Shown piece after piece: positions 8,740 through 15,499 of a stretch of 41,713 nt of DNA. Origin of the DNA: a virus (taxonomy: Duplodnaviria > Caudoviricetes); IMG/VR virus record IMGVR_UViG_3300037601_000123, positions 1 through 41,713 of that record. One strand, written 5' to 3'. The position numbers and the translations under genes are program-made. How positions within the stretch are numbered: the stretch's first letter is position 1; the number at the start of each line of letters is the position of its first letter. Under the pieces are notes generated by a model. That model was not told where the DNA came from. It was given only the letters and a program-made list of their open reading frames with translations, and did not search any database.

Positions 8740-8955
8740 TCAAAACAGCCTGCCCTGCGTCAGGCGGGCGGCGGGTGTGACGACCTCTTCGACCGCCAGG
8801 ATCACGAAATTCTCTCCGGTCTCGCGGGCAAGCCGGGCGGCGTCGTCCCAGGCCGTGTCGCGGTGCGCGTACCGGACCTTCGGTTCGGTGCGGGCGCGGT
8901 CATGCGCGGGCTGGCGGCAGATCATCCAGAACTGGTCCTTGCGCTCAGGCGTCAT
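8740..8955 (-). CDS. Hypothetical phage protein
   Basis: FWMICR...PKVRY...A..DAARLARETGENFVIL motif. Confidence 0.6.
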   Translation of the reverse strand: MTPERKDQFWMICRQPAHDRARTEPKVRYAHRDTAWDDAARLARETGENFVILAVEEVVTPAARLTQGRLF

Positions 8956-9307
8956 CGGTGGCCTCCGCCGCGCGCCGGGCCAGCTCCGCATGAGTGCGGG
9001 TCTGCGTCTCAAACGAGGTGTCGAGCATCAGTCGGTTCCAGCGCCGCAGTGCCTGTGACCGGGACACGCCGGGAATGGCCGCGGCCGTCCGGTCCAGGCC
9101 CATGCCGCTGCGTAGAAGTGTGACCAGCTGGAGATCCTTCTCGGGTGTCCAGAGCTCCGTCCGGGTCAGGGTTGCCACATGCGCGGCGATCTCCGCCGCG
9201 TCGGCCGGGCCGCGTGGGGGCAGGTAGGGAGAGGACACCGTGCCGGGCGCGGGTCGCTGCCGGTGCTGGCCGCGCATCGCGAGGTCCATGATCGGTGTGC
9301 TGGTCAT
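8945..9307 (-). CDS. HTH (Myb/GcrA-like) domain protein
   Basis: WTPEKDLQLVTLLRSGMGLDRTAAAIPGVSRSQALRRWNRL. Confidence 0.55.
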   Translation of the reverse strand: MTSTPIMDLAMRGQHRQRPAPGTVSSPYLPPRGPADAAEIAAHVATLTRTELWTPEKDLQLVTLLRSGMGLDRTAAAIPGVSRSQALRRWNRLMLDTSFETQTRTHAELARRAAEATDDA

Positions 9308-9344
9308 TTGCGTTGTCCTCGTTGCGGGATACTGGTGTCCGCCG

Positions 9345-9369
9345 CTGGCCCCCTCGCGAGGGGGGCCAG
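9345..9369. other. Intergenic GC-rich hairpin
   Basis: CTGGCCCCC...GGGGGCCAG, no U-tract in the transcribed (minus) direction. Confidence 0.45.
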
Positions 9370-9378
9370 AAAGAGACG

Positions 9379-9561
9379 TCAGGTGGTTCTGATATCGCTC
9401 TCGCTCCACCAGTCCTTCACCTGGCGACCATCGGCAGCGCAGTAGCGGACCAGGTATCCGCTTTCGCTGGTCGCGTATTCGGCACGACCGACAATCGTGC
9501 CTTTCTCGTCTGACTCCTTGAGCTGCACGGTTTCGCCCATGCCGTATTTGAAATTGGCCAT
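9379..9561 (-). CDS. Small SH3-like hypothetical protein
   Basis: FKYGMGETVQLKESDEKGTIVGRAEY...YLVRY...DGR...WW.ESDI. Confidence 0.65.
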   Translation of the reverse strand: MANFKYGMGETVQLKESDEKGTIVGRAEYATSESGYLVRYCAADGRQVKDWWSESDIRTT

Positions 9562-9572
9562 GTGTTTTCCCT

Positions 9573-9845
9573 TCATGGTTTGGTGGATTGGTTGCTTTCG
9601 GGGCCGGGGATCGGCGGCTGCCACGAGTTCGGGTCGATGGTGATCTTGATCAGCCCGCCTGGTTCGGTATCGAGCCAGGCGCCGTACCCGCTTTGGGCGA
9701 TCCCGGCCCGAAACAGCTCGATCCGGCCGAAGAGCTGGTGGAGCGCGTTCTCGCGCGCCTCGGCCCCTGCGACGTCGGCCAGAATGCCGTCGAGGATCTG
9801 CCCCGCCGCGGCGTCCAGCACCTGTTTCTGCTTGTCCAGTGTCAT
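9573..9845 (-). CDS. Hypothetical phage protein
   Basis: TGATG coupling with upstream gene. Confidence 0.55.
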   Translation of the reverse strand: MTLDKQKQVLDAAAGQILDGILADVAGAEARENALHQLFGRIELFRAGIAQSGYGAWLDTEPGGLIKITIDPNSWQPPIPGPESNQSTKP

Positions 9846-10033
9846 CACCATGCCCCCGGCAGAAGCGCGGCCGGATCGATCGGTGCGAACCAGGCGGCGA
9901 CCTTCACCATGAGGCTGACGGCAAAGAAGAGCAGGGCGGCGGTGACGGCGGTGCCGATGGTCAGCATCACGTAGGTGGGGCCGGGGCCGCGCCGCTGGCT
10001 GCGGGCATAGGTTTCTTCGAGGTAGTGGATCAT
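9845..10033 (-). CDS. Small membrane protein
   Basis: One TM helix; coupled on both sides. Confidence 0.6.
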   Translation of the reverse strand: MIHYLEETYARSQRRGPGPTYVMLTIGTAVTAALLFFAVSLMVKVAAWFAPIDPAALLPGAW

Positions 10034-10284
10034 GCGGCGTCCTCTCTCTGCGCGATCGACGTCGGCGCGTCGGGCGCGCGGGGCAGGTCGCGTTGACTGT
10101 TGGCGTAGGTCTCGACCACGGCGATCGCCTCATTGAAGCGATGCTCCGCAACGGCGTTGGCGGCATCGGCCAGCTGGATCGCGGGGATCAGCTCCAGCTC
10201 TTCAAGGTGGGTTTCAAGCTGGCTTTGCAGCGTCGTGTTGATGGCGGAGGTCATCTGATCCGCCCAGGTGCGCGCCTCTGTCAT
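10030..10284 (-). CDS. Hypothetical phage protein
   Basis: MTEARTWADQ...EDAA; ATGA overlaps. Confidence 0.6.
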   Translation of the reverse strand: MTEARTWADQMTSAINTTLQSQLETHLEELELIPAIQLADAANAVAEHRFNEAIAVVETYANSQRDLPRAPDAPTSIAQREDAA

Positions 10285-10520
10285 GCCGCGCCCCCGCCGG
10301 TATTGCCGCGACGTGCGCGGGCGGTGGCGAGGTCGATGATCCTCAGTGGGGTGAAATCCTCGGGCGGCCCGGCATCGATCCGGGCCAGGCGGTCCGGCGT
10401 GACCGGCGCGCCCTGCTGTTCCTTGAGCCGCATCCAAGCATCGGTCGTCAGCGTCGGAAGATGCCTGAAACGGGCCGGGTCCGTGACGACGGAGATGGCG
10501 TCTGGGTTGTAGGTTGGCAT
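10281..10520 (-). CDS. Hypothetical phage protein
   Basis: AGGAG RBS; common D.AW..LK..QG pattern. Confidence 0.6.
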   Translation of the reverse strand: MPTYNPDAISVVTDPARFRHLPTLTTDAWMRLKEQQGAPVTPDRLARIDAGPPEDFTPLRIIDLATARARRGNTGGGAA

Positions 10521-10532
10521 GGCGTGCGGCTC

Positions 10533-10736
10533 CTACTGCACATGTCCAATGCAGCGTGCGACATCCCATTCTCCGACCATTCGGGCCGCTGTGATCTGGT
10601 CCGGCGTATAGACTGGAGCGGACTGTCCGGGTGCCGCCAAGAGTTCGGGTTCGTCCGTCCATGTCAGGATGTGTGCAGCCTCATCCGATGTCATGGTTTC
10701 GGCCAAAGCCAGAGCGGCGGGGGTGAAGTTGATCAT
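10533..10736 (-). CDS. First gene of leftward early operon, hypothetical
   Basis: GGAGG RBS directly downstream of PL. Confidence 0.6.
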   Translation of the reverse strand: MINFTPAALALAETMTSDEAAHILTWTDEPELLAAPGQSAPVYTPDQITAARMVGEWDVARCIGHVQ

Positions 10737-10765
10737 GTGCGACCTCCAGAGGTTCCTGGGGTCTC

Positions 10766-10871
10766 ACCTTATTGTGTCAATTGGCACATATCAACTTAAA
10801 AATGTGCCAAAAGGCACAAGATAGAATCTTTGAGCTTGGTCGAATCTTGTCGCTGTGTGTAAATTGGCACA
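10766..10871. promoter_or_regulatory. Left operator region: PL plus three operators
   Basis: TGTGTC-AATT-GGCACA 10773-10788, TGTGCC-AAAA-GGCACA 10803-10818, TGTGTA-AATT-GGCACA 10856-10871; minus-strand TTGATA-N17-TAAGGT at 10794-10766. Confidence 0.8.
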
Positions 10872-10900
10872 CAGACAAAAAAAGTTTGATGGGGCGAGTG

Positions 10901-11095
10901 ATGGATTTCGGGTGGTTTAACCTGCTCTCTTCTGCTGAACAGAGCGCAGTCGCAGAAGCTGCAAATATGCTTATCGAGTCGCGCGCTGTGCGATCAAACC
11001 CCGAACTTGCGCTTCGAGCATCCGCACTTCGTCGGGCTGCAGAAGTTCGCTCAGAGCCGCCAGGTGATTCTCTGCGCTATCGTCCTTCTGAATGA
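10901..11095 (+). CDS. Putative antirepressor: small ORF convergent with and overlapping the repressor
   Basis: MDFGWFNLLSSAEQSAVAEAANMLIESRAVR resembles the repressor C-terminus; candidate promoter TTGGTC-N18-TAAATT at 10836-10865. Confidence 0.45.
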   Translation: MDFGWFNLLSSAEQSAVAEAANMLIESRAVRSNPELALRASALRRAAEVRSEPPGDSLRYRPSE

Positions 11096-11285
11096 ATTGC
11101 TCTACGGTTTTGCCGTAGTAAGCCGCGATCAGAAGGGCGTTTTCGACTGAGGTGGATGCGTTCTCTCTGGCCAATAGTTTGTTGATAGTGTCACGGGAAA
11201 CGCCGGATCCTTTGACGAGGTCAGTGACCTTCGTCTCATCACGTTCCATGTGCCAAATCAAAGCGTTGCGGAAACTACCAGACAT
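10971..11285 (-). CDS. CI-like XRE/HTH repressor, 104 aa, no S24 peptidase domain
   Basis: KVTDLVKGSGVSRDTINKLL...STSVENALLIAAYYGKTVEQF HTH; divergent from cro, flanked by operators. Confidence 0.8.
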   Translation of the reverse strand: MSGSFRNALIWHMERDETKVTDLVKGSGVSRDTINKLLARENASTSVENALLIAAYYGKTVEQFIQKDDSAENHLAALSELLQPDEVRMLEAQVRGLIAQRATR

Positions 11286-11290
11286 ACGAG

Positions 11291-11365
11291 AGCATAAACG
11301 GCCAAAAGGCATATTGCGCAATGTGTCGATAGGCACTTGCCAAGAAATGTGCCTTTTGGCACAAA
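11291..11365. promoter_or_regulatory. Right operator region: three operators with PR/PRM-like promoters
   Basis: ACGGCC-AAAA-GGCATA 11298-11313, TGTGTC-GATA-GGCACT 11322-11337, TGTGCC-TTTT-GGCACA 11348-11363; TTGCCA -35 at 11337. Confidence 0.78.
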
Positions 11366-11372
11366 CGATGCC

Positions 11373-11570
11373 ATGGATCGTCTTCAAGAGCTCATCTCTG
11401 ACGTTGAAGAATTCTCGCGTCGTAACGGCGTTGAGCCGGAAGTGGTTTGCCGAAGGGCAACCGGCAATCCGAGGATGTTCGAAAGGCTAAAGCGTCGATC
11501 TGAGCAGATCGATAGGGACGCCGACCGACTACGGCACTTCATGAATAACAGCTCCCAGGATGCCGCATGA
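11373..11570 (+). CDS. Cro-like protein
   Basis: LISDVEEF...G...VCRRATGNPRMFERL...RLRHFM, typical alphaproteobacterial Cro; divergent from repressor. Confidence 0.7.
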   Translation: MDRLQELISDVEEFSRRNGVEPEVVCRRATGNPRMFERLKRRSEQIDRDADRLRHFMNNSSQDAA

Positions 11571-11635
11571 TGGTCTCACTCGCGAAGCTCTCGGTTGTGC
11601 CTCTTGAAATTCCTGAGGTGCGCCGTGTTCTCGCT

Positions 11636-12493
11636 TCACCATGTCCCTGCATATTCTGCCAATTCCTGCTCCAGGCGGGATGTGGCTTTCGTAATCTGCA
11701 CGGTCAGGCTTTCTGCGAATTCGACTTCGCCACGCGTTATCCGACCATCCGCTTCAAAGACTGCGGTCAAGGCTCCTTCGATCCGGCTGGTGCGCTCGGG
11801 TTGTTGTTGAAGAATTTGGTAGAGATATCCTGGCAGAGACTTCCGCTGCGGTCTCATGGCGGCAATCAACGGTCGCAGTTGTCGGAGTGTCAGTTCGTCC
11901 TCGGTAAACTGTTCTGGTCGTCGTTCGGGAAAGGCCGCCACTTCGGTTCGGGCCCACGCCTCGATAACGTCGAGCTCTTTGTCGTGGAACTCCTCGTCAG
12001 AGGTGGCGGCACAAACCAGAATGGACAAACCGGGCCTGAGATAATCACGGATCGCCCGAGCGGCTTTGAGCGCCTCCGCTTCCTGATCGGGACCGAATTG
12101 GTCAAGATCGATCATAAAGACATTGCGGAAATAGTCCTGCGTGTTGAAAATTTCACCGTCGGCGTCGATGACGCATCTGATGCGGTCGGTTCGGAAGCTC
12201 CGCAGTGCCCGGCGCTCGTGGCAAACCGCCCGCAAGATGGGTGCATGTGGCCCCCGCAGAAGCTTGATCATCGTGATCCGTCTGCGGTCCAGCCATTCGC
12301 CTTCGTCGCCATACTCGATGACAACGAAAACCTGATCAAGATCGACCCAATCTGTTCCAGACGGCAGAGAGTTTTGGTCCACGTCCGAATGGTCGGGTAT
12401 TCGAGGAGGCGGCGAAATGCGCGGCGAAACTTGAGGCGGAGGAACGCTCTCGTCAGGGGCATGTTCAAAAAGCCAATCAAGAATCGCGGACAT
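11636..12493 (-). CDS. WYL-like plus TerB-like domain protein (moron)
   Basis: IEY.D..E...RRRIT...LRAVCHERRALRSFRTDRI (WYL); AATSDEEFHDKELDVI and ADGRITRGE (paired TerB acidic motifs); GGAGG RBS. Confidence 0.72.
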   Translation of the reverse strand: MSAILDWLFEHAPDESVPPPQVSPRISPPPRIPDHSDVDQNSLPSGTDWVDLDQVFVVIEYGDEGEWLDRRRITMIKLLRGPHAPILRAVCHERRALRSFRTDRIRCVIDADGEIFNTQDYFRNVFMIDLDQFGPDQEAEALKAARAIRDYLRPGLSILVCAATSDEEFHDKELDVIEAWARTEVAAFPERRPEQFTEDELTLRQLRPLIAAMRPQRKSLPGYLYQILQQQPERTSRIEGALTAVFEADGRITRGEVEFAESLTVQITKATSRLEQELAEYAGTW

Positions 12494-12667
12494 ATCAACC
12501 TCCGTACGCCATTGGTGTGTCGGAGCCTGACGCGATTCGACGTCAATCACCAAATGGAAAGGGTCGCCGCATGATCCTTTCCCATTGCGTCTCAAATTTT
12601 GCAGCGACCCTTCCATGCAGTGGTCATGTCACGGACCGGGTCAATCCCCAAGGAAACGAGGTTTCGC

Positions 12668-13075
12668 ATGATCTGGGCTGATCCCAAGACCGTTCGGAGC
12701 CTCTATGGCCAGCTTGTTCGGGAATACGGCGGGGTGGAGGCGACGGCGCTGCTGCTCGGCGTGTCCAAGGGCACGGTGTCCAAGCAGATGAGCGGGCAGG
12801 CCGAGGTTGCTTTCGTCCACGTCGGGATCCTCGAAAGCGCGGTTGGTCGCTATCCGCTGACCGACTTGTTCCAGCGTCGTCGTGACGTCGAGGTCGGGTC
12901 GGGCGAGATCGCCTCACTGGCGGAGATCGCCATGACGGAGTTGGGCGATGTCGGCCCGGCGATCCTGCGCCTTGTGACCACCGGCGATTGCACGAGTTTG
13001 CGGAAGGAAGGTCCGGAGGTGATCGCAGCGATCCGCGCCGTCCTCGACCGGATCGGGGAGGGCGACGATGTCTGA
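12668..13075 (+). CDS. CII-like HTH regulatory protein
   Basis: LVREYGGVEATALLLGVSKGTVSK...LESAVGRYPLT; position after cro. Confidence 0.6.
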   Translation: MIWADPKTVRSLYGQLVREYGGVEATALLLGVSKGTVSKQMSGQAEVAFVHVGILESAVGRYPLTDLFQRRRDVEVGSGEIASLAEIAMTELGDVGPAILRLVTTGDCTSLRKEGPEVIAAIRAVLDRIGEGDDV

Positions 13076-13262
13076 CCAATCTCGGGACACGATGATGAGC
13101 GACGAGTGCGTCTTGGCCATCACGCAGGCGCTGGCTGACGCCATTCCCGGTGTCGCGTTTTCGGTCACCCGGCGCGTGGAGATGGGCGACAGGTCGATCG
13201 AGACCACGGTTTCAGTGGGGGCAAAGACCCTTTGCAAGCTGACGCCGGAGGGCACGGAATGA
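13068..13262 (+). CDS. Hypothetical phage protein
   Basis: RBS and coupling within rightward operon. Confidence 0.5.
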   Translation: MSDQSRDTMMSDECVLAITQALADAIPGVAFSVTRRVEMGDRSIETTVSVGAKTLCKLTPEGTE

Positions 13263-13630
13263 CCAGCGCCGGTCTCGCCCGATACACTAAGGACATGTCC
13301 GAAGCGGAGGCCGTCGGCTTCCGTCAGATGATCCAGCACCTCGGTTATTCTTTTGACCGCGCCCTCGCTGCGATCGGGCGCACCGATCTTCTGCCAGTGG
13401 ATCACCACTCACGAACGGCCGCCAAGGGCACGGCCAAGTTGCGCGCCGTGGCAGGCGGCGGCGCAACCGACGGGGCGCGCGGCCTCTCCTCCTCCCTGGT
13501 CGCGCGTCCCGACGAGATCCAGACCCCGGCTGGGACGTCCGGGGACCTCCCTGTTGGACCTGGGGCGGAGGCACCGCTTCCGCCCCCTTTCTGGCTGGCG
13601 GAGTTGCGCGGCATCGCGAGGCCGGTCTGA
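13259..13630 (+). CDS. Hypothetical phage protein
   Basis: ATGA and TGATG coupling. Confidence 0.55.
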   Translation: MTSAGLARYTKDMSEAEAVGFRQMIQHLGYSFDRALAAIGRTDLLPVDHHSRTAAKGTAKLRAVAGGGATDGARGLSSSLVARPDEIQTPAGTSGDLPVGPGAEAPLPPPFWLAELRGIARPV

Positions 13631-13875
13631 TGCCCAGGGGAAGCGGATGGCACAAATCGCGGGCGGACGATGAACAGTATCTCCGGATCATGCACCTGAT
13701 CGATGCCGAGGGTCAGACCATGGCGTCGGTCGCTGCCCGGACCGGGATGACCAGGTCCTCTGTCGCGGGGCGGGTCAAACGAATCCGCGATACCTATCAG
13801 GCGCAGGACTTTTGCAGGAAGCCTGAGAACCGGGACGGCGGAATGCCGGAAAGGTGGTGGGCCAATGGCGCGTGA
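13630..13875 (+). CDS. GcrA-like HTH protein
   Basis: EGQTMASVAARTGMTRSSVAGRVKRI resembles the GcrA N-terminal HTH. Confidence 0.55.
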   Translation: MPRGSGWHKSRADDEQYLRIMHLIDAEGQTMASVAARTGMTRSSVAGRVKRIRDTYQAQDFCRKPENRDGGMPERWWANGA

Positions 13876-14107
13876 GACCCTGCCGATTGCGCGCGAGGTC
13901 CATCTGCCGCTTGGCCACCTGCAGGTGCGGGTCGGGCTGACGGCCTGCGGGTCGCGGTTCTGGTCGCTTTGGCCGGACGGCCCCATTGGCGGGACGCTGG
14001 AACGGATGATCGTCAATGGCTTCATCGATGACCACGAGGCGCTGGCGGGCGAGTTGGAGGCGTGGGCCGCGGCGGTGCGCGAGATCGGAGCGGAGGGCCA
14101 GACGTGA
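13865..14107 (+). CDS. Hypothetical phage protein
   Basis: Operon coupling, GTGA overlap downstream. Confidence 0.55.
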   Translation: MARETLPIAREVHLPLGHLQVRVGLTACGSRFWSLWPDGPIGGTLERMIVNGFIDDHEALAGELEAWAAAVREIGAEGQT

Positions 14108-14736
14108 CGATATCCGCACTCGATCTTGTTGATATGGGCGATCTGGATGAATACCCGATCGGGGCGGAAGACCGGCTGGAAAGCCACCATTGGATTGCCT
14201 GGGAGCATCGGCGCTGGCTCAACAGTTCCATGCGCCTCAAGGCGCTGCCGGAATGCCGGGCGATCTATTTCGATCTGATCTGCGTTGCCCAGGATCAGAC
14301 GCCTTTGGGCACACTGCCGACGGATACCGAAGAGCTGGCCAAGCTGGTCATGGTTCCGCTGGAGCAGTTCCAGCGCCTCTGTGCGATGGAGTTCGGGCCG
14401 CTTCACAATTGGGCGAAAACCCGTTGCGGCGATGAAATCCGGCTCTACCACCCGACCGTGCTGAAAATCGCCCTCGATGCGCTTTCGCGAAAGGCTGACA
14501 ACAGGGCGCGCAATGAGGCGGCGAACCGTCAGAAGCGCCTGTCGCGCCTGCGCAGTCACGTCATGGGCTATCACAAGGACTTGGCCGAGAACGACGCGGC
14601 CATCGTCTGGATCGACGACTGGCTGATGGAGCGGTGCAGCGGGTATCGAACCTCGCAATGGATCGAACGCGCCATTCAAGCATGGGCCGACCGTACTTTG
14701 GCAGCGCGGTTCGACCGAAAACGACCTCCCGACTGA
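14104..14736 (+). CDS. Putative replication initiator (DUF1376/YdaU-like)
   Basis: RWLNS...YFDLICVAQDQTPLGTLPTDTEELAKL...RLYHPTV; immediately followed by iterons. Confidence 0.65.
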   Translation: MTISALDLVDMGDLDEYPIGAEDRLESHHWIAWEHRRWLNSSMRLKALPECRAIYFDLICVAQDQTPLGTLPTDTEELAKLVMVPLEQFQRLCAMEFGPLHNWAKTRCGDEIRLYHPTVLKIALDALSRKADNRARNEAANRQKRLSRLRSHVMGYHKDLAENDAAIVWIDDWLMERCSGYRTSQWIERAIQAWADRTLAARFDRKRPPD

Positions 14737-14845
14737 TCTGTCCCATTCTGTCCGGTTTTGTCCGCCGGACAGATTTGGACAGTTTCGGACAAAAAAAATC
14801 TGTCCGGTTCGACAGGGACAAAGACAGGGACAAAGACAGGGACAA
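14737..14845. repeat. Iteron array, probable replication origin
   Basis: TGTCC x3 then GGACA x3 at 10-bp period, A-tract, then GACAGGGACAA(A) x3 at 12-bp period. Confidence 0.75.
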
Positions 14846-14908
14846 CGGCAGAACCGCCACCCAAACCGCGAAAAGTTGACCGGGACAGGCTGAGAAAGGG
14901 GACCAGCG

Positions 14909-15499
14909 ATGACCGAAGAGCAGACCACGACCGAGACGAACCGCGACCGCGTCAGGCGGCTGTTCATCAATCCCATGATCGAGCTGGGCTTCCGGTTCCC
15001 GCACCGGACGCCGGAGGACACCGTGCGCAAACGGCTGGACCGAATGGCCGACGACCTCGGATATCTCACCGACGAGAACCTGCGCCGGGTGCAAGTGTCC
15101 ATGCGGGACAAGGGCGAGGGCGCTGCCAGGTGCTTCTGGCCGCCGCGGGCGACGATCATCGCCTATGCGCAAGTGGCCCAGCCCCGCCCGATCGAGGACC
15201 TTCCCGAACTGGCGGGCTGGTTCGGGAGCGTTGCGGGCCGTGCGGCCCTGACGGAAGGGCGGCTGGTGGCCGAGTATCGGTTCTGGCTGACCAAGCACCG
15301 TCCGCCATTGAGCGACCAGGAGAAGCGGCGCGTGGCCGAAGTCGCGCGGCAGGACGAAGAGCGTGTCATGCGGATCCGGGATCGGGCGACGCGCATGGCG
15401 ATCGATGCCGACGACCAATCCTTCCTGGGTGCCTATGAGGCCGACCACGCGGCGGCGCTCCGTCTGGTCGAAGCCGGTAGCGGGAGGGACGCGGCATGA
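14909..15499 (+). CDS. Replication-associated protein (helicase-loader position)
   Basis: Follows origin; FWPP motif; function inferred from position only. Confidence 0.55.
   Translation: MTEEQTTTETNRDRVRRLFINPMIELGFRFPHRTPEDTVRKRLDRMADDLGYLTDENLRRVQVSMRDKGEGAARCFWPPRATIIAYAQVAQPRPIEDLPELAGWFGSVAGRAALTEGRLVAEYRFWLTKHRPPLSDQEKRRVAEVARQDEERVMRIRDRATRMAIDADDQSFLGAYEADHAAALRLVEAGSGRDAA

Noticed and set aside
10740-10900. Alphaproteobacterial LexA box controlling the putative antirepressor
   Set aside because: No GTTC-N7-GTTC or GAAC-N7-GAAC found; only a GAATCTT direct repeat of unknown meaning
14737-14845. Repeat array as CRISPR
   Set aside because: Units are 10-12 bp with no unique spacers and no cas genes
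14634-14879. ORF reading DRDKDRDKDRD as an independent gene
   Set aside because: Translation of the iteron repeats, overlaps the initiator, no RBS
13402-15159. 585-aa minus-strand ORF
   Set aside because: Shadow of several well-coupled + strand genes and the origin; no recognisable motifs
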